46,812 bases of DNA from Alphaproteobacteria bacterium MarineAlpha3_Bin3 (GCA_002938075.1 PTLK01000001.1:1-46812), one strand, 5' to 3'; positions 17,051-26,372 are shown, numbered from the stretch's first letter. Notes: a model not told the origin generated them from the letters alone. Numbers and translations: made by a program.

Positions 17051-17712
17051 CTAAACATTGAATTCCCGGGCCCCACGGACGAATTGGGCGATCCAATAGA
17101 CCTGCGAACAAATGGCGCCGGCCGGCAGTAGCAGCCAGGTCAGGTCGAAAAGCGCTAGCGCCAGAACGATAAAACAAAAATCCTCCCGCGTAAGCTCACG
17201 GAAAACATACACCGCCCAATCGCTCAGGCCTTCGGGCTGGCGGGTGGTTTCCGCCTTGTCCTCGTCTTCCGAGGCCGCCTTGTCGCGGGCATCCAGAATG
17301 ATGCCGAGGGCAAAATTGAAGGTGCCGCCGGCGGCCGCGATCCCTCCCAGCCACAGCCACGCGTCATGGCCGAAACCCTTCGCCGTGCCGATCCCAAGGG
17401 CGATGAAAAAGGCGGTGTGGACGATCCAATCGACGAGGGTGTCGAACCACATGCCGAAGGTCGAACACTGGTCCTTGAGCCGCGCGATCTCGCCGTCGCA
17501 GTTGTCCAGAACGTACGTCACGACAAATAGAACCCCCGCCGCCGCCCAGCCGCCGCCCCCTTGCAACAGGCACCAGGACGCCGCCAGGCGGTTGCCAGGG
17601 ATGTCGCCGTGATCTGATTGGCGGTCACCGGCATGCGGGCCAAGGCCGGGGTCGCCAGCATGGATAGATGCTGGATCAGGGGAAACACCGGGGTCTTTTC
17701 TCCAACCGTCAT
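17051..17712 (-). pseudogene. CDP-alcohol phosphatidyltransferase family gene, split by an apparent single-base frameshift near 17581-17600
   Basis: The N-terminus MTVGEKTPVFPLIQ...MPVTANQITATSL reads from the ATG at 17712, which is 3 nt after the hpnN stop. The catalytic part, LAASWCLLQGG...LDNCDGEIARLKDQCSTFGMWFDTLVDW (the D-x2-DG-x2-AR...G-x3-D-x3-D motif), continues in a different frame down to the stop at 17051. Confidence 0.7.
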
Positions 17713-17715
17713 GCA

Positions 17716-20385
17716 TCATTCCCGTTGATTTACGGTCATCCGGTTTCCGGCGGCGACCATCAGCGCCGGCAAAACCACGAGCGTGCACCCGAGGGTCAAG
17801 GTAATGGAAATCGTCAACAGTAGCCCCATGCTCGCCGTCCCCGGGTGCGACGACAACGCAATACTGGCGAACGAACCAATGGTGGTCAAAGCGCTGAAGA
17901 CCACGGCCCGGGGCGTCGACGTTTCGAGAACGCCGCTGACGGAGTTTTCCTCACGTTGCCTCAACACCAGATGAATTCCGCTGGCAACGCCGAGCCCGAA
18001 CAACAAGGGCAGGACGATGATGTTGGCGAAATTGAAGGGTATATCAAAAATCACCGAGGCGGCGACGGTCAGCAGCGCCGCCAGCGTCAGAGGGGCGAAC
18101 ACCAGGACCATGTCGAGCCACCGTTTCAGGACCGCCATCAACAGCACTGAAATCAACGTCACCGAGATGATCCCCGCCTGCCAGAAAGCGGCGACGACCG
18201 CGTTGCCGGCCTCGAGGATGACCACCGACGACCCGATCGCATTGTCGGCAACGCCCTTGACCGATTGAACGAACCGGGTCAGCGCCTCGTGGTCACGGAG
18301 ATCCTCTTTGGGAAACACCTCGAGCCGGGCCCGGCCGTCGGCGGCGACCTGGTTGGCGGCCATATCGGGTGGCAGATTATTCAAATCCACCTGTTCCGCG
18401 GTCAGCGAAAGGTTAAGGGCGTCGAGCCGCCCCGGCAGCGCCGCCAACAGCCGCGTTTCCAGCTCCTTCAGCCCGGCTTCATTGGCCGGACCGTCCCCGA
18501 ACAGGGCCACCAGGGCCCGGGAAAGGCGCCCGGCCGCTTGCGCTTCGCCAGCCGCCCCTTGAAGGGCCGACAATTTTCCGAGCCTGCCGCGGATTTGGCC
18601 GAGCGCCGCCCGGCGGTCCTCCATGGACGGGGGCGCGTCGGTTCCCGCCGCGGCGAAGGACGGCATCAGGAACAGCCCCATGGTGGCGATGAGGTCGAGT
18701 TTCTCCGGCTGATCGGCGGGAACGTAATCGGCCAGGGTGGTGGTGCCGTCGACTTCGGAGAGCGCGTTCATTTTCCCGGCCAGGGCTTGGGCGGCGTCCA
18801 GGTTCGGTGTCAGGACGGTGATCGAATAGGGGCTGGTGCGGTTGTTTTCCATCAAATCGAAAATCGTCGCCACGGATTCGGTTTTCGGATCCTTCAGGTT
18901 CAAGGGGTCGAAATCGAACATCGCCTTCGGAGCCACGAACGCCGCCGCAACCCCCACCGCTAGGGCCGACCAGCAAACGGCTCGGCTGTTGAACCGGATA
19001 AAGGACTGGAAAACCGGTTTCACCGGAATCATCCCTCCGCCGCCTCCCTTGCGGAAGCCCCGCTTGCGGGGCATCACCGTCAACAGCGCCGGTAAAACGG
19101 TGATATTGGCGAAAAAGGCGATGAACATGCCGGTCCCGGCGATCAATCCCAGTTCGGCGAGGCCCAGATAATCCGTCGGCAGGAACGAATAGAAGGCGAT
19201 GGCGGCGCTCAGCGCGCACAAGGTCAACGCCCCGCCGACCTGTTTGGCGGCTTCGGACAGGGCCCGGGCGTGATCGCCATCGCGGTCCATCCCTTCCTTG
19301 TAGCGAAGCCCGTAATGAATGCCGAAATCGACGCTGAGGCCGATAAACAGAACCGCGAACGCGACCGAGATCAGGTTTAACGCGCCGAGGGCCAAAATCG
19401 CGAAGGCCGCCGTCCAAATCAGGCCCATCAGCAACGTCACCAGCGCCGCCGCCGCCAGCCTCAGCGACCGGAACCCGATCAGCAACAGAACCACGACCAG
19501 GAACAGCGACACTCCCGCGGCCACGCCCATGCCTTTTTCGACGCTTTGCAGTTCCTCATCGGCGAGCGCGGCGGAGCCCGTCAGGCGCACCAGGACGCCG
19601 TTTTCCCGGGTCAGGCCCAGGTCCCGGGCGGCGGCGCGCACGCCCGCCATCGCCTTCGCCGCCGGCTGCAAGGACTTGAAATCGAGAGCCGGCTGGAGGA
19701 CGAGGATGCGGCGGTTGGCCAACACTTCGTCTTCCGGGGCGACGGCGCCCGTCATCAACGTCTGCCAGGACAATTGACTGAATTTTCCGGCCTTTTGGGC
19801 TTCGGCGACATCGGCCAGGGCGTCCAGCACCGTCATCAATTCAAAGGGGGCCTCGGCGGGGTCCTTGAGGAATTCGTCGATGGCCAGGTCAAGCATGCGA
19901 AACAGGCCGACGAGGCTGGGGTCCCGCCACAGGGCGCCGAGGAAGGGCTGCGCTTCGGCCAGCCGGTCGCTGAGCTCGTAAAGGTCATCCAGCTCCAAAT
20001 ACAACAACCCGTTGCGGCGCAGGAAATCGTTGCCGGCCGGGTCGTCGACGCGGCCGAACAATTTCGGTTGCCGGCGAAGCCGCTCGGCCAACGCCCGGGC
20101 GGCGTCATCGGAAAGGTCCGGGCTGTCGCCATCGATGACGACAATCAGGTTGTCGGAAAACTGCGGAAAGGCCTTGTCCAGTTCCGCCGAATGGCGGCGG
20201 AACGCCAGGTCCGGCGACAACATGTCGCCGGTGTCGGTATTGATGCGGATATTTTCCGCCAGATAGACCGCGGCGGCGGCGCTGAGAAGCACGGAGGCGG
20301 CAACCACCAGCCAGGCCAACCGGCGCACCCCATCGGTCCAGCGCACAAGGGCTTGGCGGTATGCTTGGGCAGGCGTCGTGGTCAC
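17716..20385 (-). CDS. hpnN: hopanoid transporter, RND/MMPL superfamily (HpnN)
   Basis: 889 aa with two 6-TM bundles and two large periplasmic loops. HpnN-type N-terminus (INTDTGDMLSPDL), in a hopanoid gene context. Confidence 0.88.
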   Translation of the reverse strand: MTTTPAQAYRQALVRWTDGVRRLAWLVVAASVLLSAAAAVYLAENIRINTDTGDMLSPDLAFRRHSAELDKAFPQFSDNLIVVIDGDSPDLSDDAARALAERLRRQPKLFGRVDDPAGNDFLRRNGLLYLELDDLYELSDRLAEAQPFLGALWRDPSLVGLFRMLDLAIDEFLKDPAEAPFELMTVLDALADVAEAQKAGKFSQLSWQTLMTGAVAPEDEVLANRRILVLQPALDFKSLQPAAKAMAGVRAAARDLGLTRENGVLVRLTGSAALADEELQSVEKGMGVAAGVSLFLVVVLLLIGFRSLRLAAAALVTLLMGLIWTAAFAILALGALNLISVAFAVLFIGLSVDFGIHYGLRYKEGMDRDGDHARALSEAAKQVGGALTLCALSAAIAFYSFLPTDYLGLAELGLIAGTGMFIAFFANITVLPALLTVMPRKRGFRKGGGGGMIPVKPVFQSFIRFNSRAVCWSALAVGVAAAFVAPKAMFDFDPLNLKDPKTESVATIFDLMENNRTSPYSITVLTPNLDAAQALAGKMNALSEVDGTTTLADYVPADQPEKLDLIATMGLFLMPSFAAAGTDAPPSMEDRRAALGQIRGRLGKLSALQGAAGEAQAAGRLSRALVALFGDGPANEAGLKELETRLLAALPGRLDALNLSLTAEQVDLNNLPPDMAANQVAADGRARLEVFPKEDLRDHEALTRFVQSVKGVADNAIGSSVVILEAGNAVVAAFWQAGIISVTLISVLLMAVLKRWLDMVLVFAPLTLAALLTVAASVIFDIPFNFANIIVLPLLFGLGVASGIHLVLRQREENSVSGVLETSTPRAVVFSALTTIGSFASIALSSHPGTASMGLLLTISITLTLGCTLVVLPALMVAAGNRMTVNQRE

Positions 20386-20650
20386 GGTTTAGGCCCCTCC
20401 TTCCGTCGCCGCTTATAGCCCTGTTGGGACTATCGGAACAAGGAAGGTCAGATTTTTTTGATCCGGTAGACCTGAGGGGTCCTCGCCTATTGCGGTTCAA
20501 GCATCATAACACTCGGTGAAGATACGCAGGCTGGGCGTCTCGCATCGCGCCACCTCCAGGCGGCCCCTTGACTCCGCGAGGCCGGGGTAACACCCTCCCC
20601 CGGCCCGGCCCATTGGGCCTTCGGGCCCCGGAGTTTCTAAGGACGAAACG

Positions 20651-21265
20651 ATGAAAACCCCGCCCTGGGACCAGCGGATCGCGCGGGTCCTCGTCAAACC
20701 CCTGGTCAAATCGCCGGTGACCCCCAACCAGATGACGATGTTCACCCTGACGGTGGCGCTGGCCGGCGCCGGTCTGTTGGCCACCGGCGATGCCGTCAAC
20801 GCTGATTGGGGCGCCGGGCTATTCGTGCTGGCCCGGTTCCTCGACCACTTTGACGGCGAGCTGGCGCGCCAGAAGGACATGACGTCGAGGCTCGGCTATT
20901 ACCTGGATTACGTTTCCGGCGCCTTGAGCTACGCCGCCCTGTTCCTGTGCATGGGTATCGGATTCATCGATTCCCCGCTTGGCCCCTGGGCCATCGTCTT
21001 AAGCGCGGCGGGGGCCGCCTCGGCGGTGGTTTCCATGTTCACCAATCTAGGCATCGACAAGCAGCTCGACCTCGACGAAGACGCCGAACACGACGCCGTC
21101 GGTTATCCGGGCTTCGCCGGTTTCGAATTGGAGGACGGCATCTACCTGCTGGCGCCGATCACCTGGGCCGGGTTCCTGATGCCGTTTTTTGTCGCCGCCG
21201 GGATTGGCGCCGGCGTCTACTGCCTGTGGACCTGTTGGACCCTATTGAGGCTCCGAAGGGGGTAA
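20651..21265 (+). CDS. CDP-alcohol phosphatidyltransferase family protein (small, about 200 aa)
   Basis: VTPNQMT N-terminal motif. Catalytic motif LDHFDGELARQKDMTSRLGYYLDYVSGAL. Confidence 0.8.
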   Translation: MKTPPWDQRIARVLVKPLVKSPVTPNQMTMFTLTVALAGAGLLATGDAVNADWGAGLFVLARFLDHFDGELARQKDMTSRLGYYLDYVSGALSYAALFLCMGIGFIDSPLGPWAIVLSAAGAASAVVSMFTNLGIDKQLDLDEDAEHDAVGYPGFAGFELEDGIYLLAPITWAGFLMPFFVAAGIGAGVYCLWTCWTLLRLRRG

Positions 21266-21850
21266 TTTTTTCCGGTACATGGCAAAAAACAAGGCGGCCA
21301 CCAAAGGAGCGATGTAAAAGGCCGCCACCAGCAGCCCTTCCGCCTGCCCGAACCAGATGAAAACCGGGATCAGCAACACCGCGTCGTCGGCGTCGAAACC
21401 GGCGACGCTGGGAAGCTCGGCGGCGCGGGCGCCTTTCAATTCCTCGATCCGCATCACCAGCCACAGGATCGCGGCCACCGAAACCCCGGCCATGAGGCCC
21501 ATGGAAACGGACAGCAACCCGTACCCGCCGTCGCGCAAGCCGACGCCGAGGCCGATCAGCACCAGGGCGTTTGAAACCGCGTCGGCGATCATGTCGTAGC
21601 GGTGGCCCGAGGCGCTGGTCCGGCCGGTCAGCCGCGCCAGATCGCCGTCGGCCCGGTCCAGCACCACCGACAGCACGAAGACCGCGGCGCCGAGGTTCTG
21701 CCATTCGGGGCCGATGGCCAGGGCTGCCGCCGCCGCGATTCCGGTCAGCAGCCGCGCGGTGGTCACCTGATTGGGCGTCACGGCGGTATGAATCAGGGGC
21801 TTCACCACCGTGACCCGGGCGACGCGGTGTATCCAGGTGTCGTGGCTCAC
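21242..21850 (-). CDS. CDP-alcohol phosphatidyltransferase family protein, translationally coupled to ppd
   Basis: VTPNQVT motif. Catalytic motif LDRADGDLARLTGRTSASGHRYDMIADAV. The GTG start overlaps the ppd stop (GTGA). The 3' end overlaps the convergent paralog by 24 nt. Confidence 0.8.
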   Translation of the reverse strand: MSHDTWIHRVARVTVVKPLIHTAVTPNQVTTARLLTGIAAAAALAIGPEWQNLGAAVFVLSVVLDRADGDLARLTGRTSASGHRYDMIADAVSNALVLIGLGVGLRDGGYGLLSVSMGLMAGVSVAAILWLVMRIEELKGARAAELPSVAGFDADDAVLLIPVFIWFGQAEGLLVAAFYIAPLVAALFFAMYRKKLPPSEPQ

Positions 21851-23028
21851 GTATTAAGCCCGGCGGATGCCTTTTGGCCTTCGCCGGCCCCCGAGGCGAG
21901 GAATTCCTTGAACCGGAGCGCCACTTCGGGCGGCTTGACGCTCGGCCGTCCCAGGTCCTTCATCGAACCCGGCGCGATGCGCATATGAATCAGATGCGGG
22001 CCGCGACCCGATTGCGCCGATTTCAGCGCCTCGGCGAAACCGCCGAGGCCGTCGCAGCGGTAACTTTTCCGGTACCCGCAACCGGCGGCGACCCCGGCGA
22101 AATCGACCGATTGGGAAACCGTCGGCTGGCCGCCGGTGGAATCGTAGGTGCCGTTGTCGAGAACGATGTGGATGAGGTTTTGCGGCCCATAGGCGCCGAT
22201 GGTGGCCAGGGTCCCCATTTTCATCAACGCCGCGCCGTCACCGTCCAGCACCACCACCGGATTGCCGACGTTCAGCGCCACGCCCAGCCCCATGGCGGCG
22301 GCGCAACCCATGGACCCGACCTGATAGAGGTGCTGCCGCCGGTCGCCGAGGGTAAAAAGCTCGCGCCCGCATTTCCCCGTCGTGGCGATGATGCCGGCGT
22401 CATCGGCAACGCCTGACAGCACCGTTTCCAGGGCCTGCATTCGGGCCGGCAAGGGGCCTTGGTCCAACAGGTCGGCGGCCTCGCCCCTTGGCCGCGCTTC
22501 CGGCGCTGACCAAGAGTCCGCGCCGTCGTTGCCGACATCTCCTTTTTGCATGATGAAGGCGAACGGCAGGCCGGTTTTATCCATCGTCGCCCCGGCTTCC
22601 CCGATCGCCGCCGCGATTTCGGCATCCTCGGCCGGGAACGGCCGGTGCGGGACCTCCATCAGCTGCAAAAGGCCCGGCGTGATCCGGCCCATCAGCTCAT
22701 GCTGGGGCTCGTCCGTGAGCCCCGGCCCGGCCCGCCAGGTGACGATCAAAAGCGTCGGGATGCGGAACGGAAAGTTCAGCGACGTGATCGGGTTGACGGC
22801 GTTGCCGAGGCCGGAATTCTGGCACATGACGGCTGTCTTGTGCCCGGCCAGCCAGGCGCCCGACGCGATGGCCACGGCTTCGCCCTCGCTGGCCGCGGCG
22901 ACATAGGTCAGCCGCTTGTCGGTAATGGCGCCGTTGATCAGCGGCGTCAGAAAGGAACAGGGAACGCCGGTATAGAAATCGAACCCGGCGTCGAAACCCG
23001 AACCGAGAAACGCATCGGTAGCGATCAC
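21847..23028 (-). CDS. phosphonopyruvate decarboxylase (ThDP-dependent)
   Basis: [13 protein letters not shown]-terminus, [15 protein letters not shown], and the ThDP motif [12 protein letters not shown]...NN/DNG. Tail GRPSVKPPE is typical of Ppd. GTG at 23028 overlaps the upstream stop (GTGA). The longer ORF to 23079 is rejected. Confidence 0.8.
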   Translation of the reverse strand: MIATDAFLGSGFDAGFDFYTGVPCSFLTPLINGAITDKRLTYVAAASEGEAVAIASGAWLAGHKTAVMCQNSGLGNAVNPITSLNFPFRIPTLLIVTWRAGPGLTDEPQHELMGRITPGLLQLMEVPHRPFPAEDAEIAAAIGEAGATMDKTGLPFAFIMQKGDVGNDGADSWSAPEARPRGEAADLLDQGPLPARMQALETVLSGVADDAGIIATTGKCGRELFTLGDRRQHLYQVGSMGCAAAMGLGVALNVGNPVVVLDGDGAALMKMGTLATIGAYGPQNLIHIVLDNGTYDSTGGQPTVSQSVDFAGVAAGCGYRKSYRCDGLGGFAEALKSAQSGRGPHLIHMRIAPGSMKDLGRPSVKPPEVALRFKEFLASGAGEGQKASAGLNT

Positions 23029-23351
23029 AAGAACTTGCCCGCCCTGGTGAAGTCGGCGGCGTCGTCCACGTCGAGCCATTGCCCCGGCACGTAGACGGCG
23101 CGAATGGACGTTCCCTTGTCGATCAGGCGCTGCAGCAGGTCGAGCATGCTCGACATCGACAGGCCCGAGGCCCAGATGCCCTTGAACCCCGCTTCCTCGA
23201 CGATTTTCGCCGACAGCCCGTTGCGGGCCTCCATCAGGAATTCCAATTCCGGGGACGTCAACATGGCGCGCAAACGTGCCGCCTTCGACGGCGCCTCAGC
23301 CTGGCTGTCCCAGTTGTGGTCGGCTTTTCCCCGCATCGAAGAATCCCTCAA
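23025..23351 (-). pseudogene. PEP phosphomutase remnant: N-terminal ~68 aa of Ppm fused to the C-terminal ~40 aa of a nucleotidyltransferase-like sequence
   Basis: [41 protein letters not shown] matches the conserved Ppm N-terminus. The catalytic core that should follow is absent. The sequence instead continues as [22 protein letters not shown], which resembles the G.W.D(V/I)D...D tail of LicC-type NTases. Confidence 0.65.
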
Positions 23352-23540
23352 ATCAATGGATTGTTATTCCGGGTCGGCATATACCCCTGATTCCCCGGAG
23401 GTTCAAGGATTCCCCCTTTTAACCCAAGTCAAGGAAGGACCCGGGATTTTCCGGAAAATCCTCCCAGCGGCGTTGAAGCGCGGGGGCGCCCATCCTAAAC
23501 TCCGCCGGTTTGAGGCGCACCCCAACCCCGAGGACTGCCG

Positions 23541-24299
23541 ATGCTGAACACGCCGATCATCAACGACGAGCAAATGCGGGCTTTTGAGCGTGACGGATAC
23601 CTGGTCATGAGAAGCGCCTTCAACGAAGACGAAATGGCCCTTATCGACACCTGGACCAGGGAATTGCTGGCGCTGCCCGAGGAATCCGGCAAGCACTGGG
23701 TCTTCCACGAGGAAAGTCTGAAGGGCAACGGCAAGGACCTGGTCAACCGCATCGAGAACACGGCGCCGTTTCATCACGGCTTCGCCGAACTGAGCACGGT
23801 CCTCAAGGCGCCGGCGGGGCAACTCCTGGGAGAACAGGCGGTGTTGTTAAAGGAAAAGGTCAACTTCAAGATGCCCGGCGGCGGCGGCTTCAAGCCGCAT
23901 CAGGATTCACAGGCCGGCTGGGACAAGTATGCCGATTTCTATGTCAGCGCCCTGGTCAGCATCGACGAGGCGACGGTCGAAAACGGCTGCCTGCAACTGT
24001 GCGCCGGCCACCATGAACGCGGCCTGTTCACGTCGTGGGAACCGCTGACCGAGGAAGACATGGAGGGGATGGAATTCGTGCCCTGCCCGACCCAGCCCGG
24101 CGACGTGGTGTTGTTCGACTGTTTCGCGCCGCACAGCTCGGAACCCAACCTGACCGACAAGACGAGGCGCCTCTATTACGCCACCTATAACCGGCTGTCG
24201 GCCGGCGACCACAGGACGCAATACTACGCCGACAAGCACAAGAATTACCCGCCCGACATCGACCGCGATCCGGCAAAAGAATACGTCTTCAGGGTCTAG
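23541..24299 (+). CDS. phytanoyl-CoA dioxygenase (PhyH) family Fe(II)/2-oxoglutarate dioxygenase
   Basis: 252 aa. HxD facial-triad motif (KPHQD), distal His (FAPHSSEPN) and R..YY. Divergent from the ppm-remnant operon. Confidence 0.75.
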   Translation: MLNTPIINDEQMRAFERDGYLVMRSAFNEDEMALIDTWTRELLALPEESGKHWVFHEESLKGNGKDLVNRIENTAPFHHGFAELSTVLKAPAGQLLGEQAVLLKEKVNFKMPGGGGFKPHQDSQAGWDKYADFYVSALVSIDEATVENGCLQLCAGHHERGLFTSWEPLTEEDMEGMEFVPCPTQPGDVVLFDCFAPHSSEPNLTDKTRRLYYATYNRLSAGDHRTQYYADKHKNYPPDIDRDPAKEYVFRV

Positions 24300-24341
24300 C
24301 CGCTTTTAGACGCCCTAAAGGCCATCCCCAAACCCCCGCCC

Positions 24342-25196
24342 ATGGATCCACTCGTCCTTACCCTGGTCCTGACGGCGGCGGTCCTTCACGCGACCTGGAA
24401 CGCGCTGATCAAAAGCGGCGGCGACCCGTGGGTGCGCCTCGCCGTGGTCAATGGCGTCGGCATCGTTTGCGCGGCCGCGTGGCTGCCCTTCGTCGAGGCG
24501 CCGAATGCCGAGGCATGGCCGTTCATTCTGGGGTCGGTCGCCATTCATCAGGTCTATTTCGTCTGCGTCGCCCTGCAGTACCGTTTTGGGGACCTGTCCC
24601 ACGTCTATCCGATCTCGCGCGGCACCGCCCCGATCCTGGTCGCCGCCGCGGCGTTTATTTTCGCCGGTGAAACCCTGAGCCCGGCCGGCGCCGTCGCGGT
24701 GATCGTCATTTCCGCCGCCATCATCAGCTTGACGTTCGACAGCCGTTGGCCGACGGGAGAAGGCAAGGGCGTCTTCTTCGCGCTTTGCACAAGCGTCACC
24801 ATCGCCGTTTACACGGTGATCGACGGCCTCGGCGGGCGCACGGCGGACGATGTGTTCGCCTATATCGTCTACCATTTCCTGATTAACGGGATTCCCTTCG
24901 GGCTGCTGGTGATCTTCATGCGCCGGCGCGTTCTAGGGGCGACCCTGAAGGGGCACTGGAAGACCGGCTTCTTCGGCGGGGTTCTGGCCTTTCTGGCTTA
25001 TGGACTGGTGATCTGGGCGATGACCCTGACGCCGATGACCTATGTCTCGGCGCTGCGCGAGACCAGCGTCATCCTGGCGGCGCTGATCGGCGCCATCATG
25101 CTCGGCGAACCCTTTGGCCGGCGGCGCGTCATCGCCGCCGCCTGCGTCGCCTTCGGCGTCGTGCTGTTGCAATTCAGCAAGTACTCATTTTCATAA
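24342..25196 (+). CDS. EamA/DMT superfamily transporter
   Basis: 284 aa with 10 predicted TM helices in two EamA-like halves. Confidence 0.75.
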   Translation: MDPLVLTLVLTAAVLHATWNALIKSGGDPWVRLAVVNGVGIVCAAAWLPFVEAPNAEAWPFILGSVAIHQVYFVCVALQYRFGDLSHVYPISRGTAPILVAAAAFIFAGETLSPAGAVAVIVISAAIISLTFDSRWPTGEGKGVFFALCTSVTIAVYTVIDGLGGRTADDVFAYIVYHFLINGIPFGLLVIFMRRRVLGATLKGHWKTGFFGGVLAFLAYGLVIWAMTLTPMTYVSALRETSVILAALIGAIMLGEPFGRRRVIAAACVAFGVVLLQFSKYSFS

Positions 25197-25444
25197 TTCC
25201 ATGACGCTTAGGACGGCTTCCCGAAGTCATCCCGTTAGGCGCCGGCCCCGCCGTGATGCTGGACATCACAAGAGGGCGGCAACGCGGCCGGGGGCCTCGG
25301 GAAGCCGCCCGCGGGATCGCCTCTCCCGCCCCCTGGGTGCGTCGGGACCGCTTGCCGATGGCCCCGCATCGCCTGCGCGTCCCCTTCTGCCGAGGAAACG
25401 GGAGAGGCGATCCTACGGATCACGGAATTATGAAAGTGAGTACT
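25180..25444 (+). repeat. ~265-nt nested inverted-repeat element (structured RNA or MITE-like)
   Basis: Three helices found by hand pairing. Outer: 25180-25204 with 25420-25444 (21 contiguous pairs including one G.U, one mismatch, then 3 more pairs). Inner 1: 25214-25224 with 25297-25307 (11 bp). Inner 2: 25314-25328 with 25399-13 i.e. 25399-25413 (15 bp perfect). The left outer arm contains the EamA stop codon. Confidence 0.7.
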
Positions 25445-25475
25445 GGGGAGCGTGAAACGGCGGTCCGAGTGAGCG

Positions 25476-26288
25476 TTATTCGCCGGAGGCCTGGTCGATC
25501 CGGGGCCGTTCGGCTGCCAGCGTTTCCTCGGCGAAGAAATCGCTTACCAGCGGCATGATGATCTTTTCCGCACACAGCAGGTCGGAAGGGAAATCGATCT
25601 CGATCCAGGGGATGCCGGTGATGTCCTCGTAACCGAAGGTGCCCTCGGGTTCGGCCGCCAGCACGTCGCGCATGGCTTCTTCGTAGGTGACGTCACATTC
25701 GCCCCGCTCGATATAGACGCCGGCGGCATCGGCGATTTTGGCCGCCACATCGCCGGACATTTTCAAAAAACCCGGCCACTCGCCGATGTCGTCATAGTCG
25801 TCGGTGACTTTTTTCCCGAAATCGACCGGCTCGCCGTCGCGGATGCAAAGTTTCACCGGCTCTTCGCCGGGTTCGAAATCACGGTCGATGATAAAGCAAT
25901 TGTCGTGCACGGAACGAATGAGCCGGCTCATCATTTCCGGGGGATAGAGAACGTCCGAATCCATGAACAGGACGTCGTCGCCGCTGCGCAATTCCTCGCC
26001 CGCGGTCCACAGCGACACGATCGGGCCTTCCTTGAAACGGGGATTGAAAACGGAGCGGATAAACCCCCCGGAACCCCCGGGCGCAACTTTTTCGGCCTCG
26101 GCCAAAAGGTCTTCCTTGCGGTGACCGACGATCAGGACAAGCTCGTCGACGCCGAGCGCTTTCAGAATCCCGACATGGCGCTCGAGAAGGGTCTTGCCCT
26201 CGAAACGCAGCAAGGCCTTGGGCAAGCCGTCGTTTTGATCGCCATAAAGGCGTCTTCCAACGCCGGCGGCTAGCATGACCGCTTTCAT
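25476..26288 (-). CDS. LicC/PntC-like nucleotidyltransferase (putative cytidylyltransferase)
   Basis: MKAVMLAAGVGRRL...LPKALL N-terminal NTP-transferase signature. C-terminal W.EIDFPSDL. 270 aa. Lies 84 nt downstream of hpnA on the same strand. Confidence 0.75.
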   Translation of the reverse strand: MKAVMLAAGVGRRLYGDQNDGLPKALLRFEGKTLLERHVGILKALGVDELVLIVGHRKEDLLAEAEKVAPGGSGGFIRSVFNPRFKEGPIVSLWTAGEELRSGDDVLFMDSDVLYPPEMMSRLIRSVHDNCFIIDRDFEPGEEPVKLCIRDGEPVDFGKKVTDDYDDIGEWPGFLKMSGDVAAKIADAAGVYIERGECDVTYEEAMRDVLAAEPEGTFGYEDITGIPWIEIDFPSDLLCAEKIIMPLVSDFFAEETLAAERPRIDQASGE

Positions 26289-26372
26289 CAGACTTTCGCC
26301 ATTCCCTATTGAAACCAGGTGGACGGAGTCATAAAACGCCGCCGCCCCTAGGGCAAGGTTCAGTTCGAAGGA

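Noticed and set aside
25253-25558. Short ORFs inside the structured element (25114-25455, 25235-25423, 25253-25558).
   Set aside because: They are Arg/Pro/Gly-rich, overlap on both strands and coincide with extensive inverted repeats. RNA or DNA structure explains the region better than coding does.
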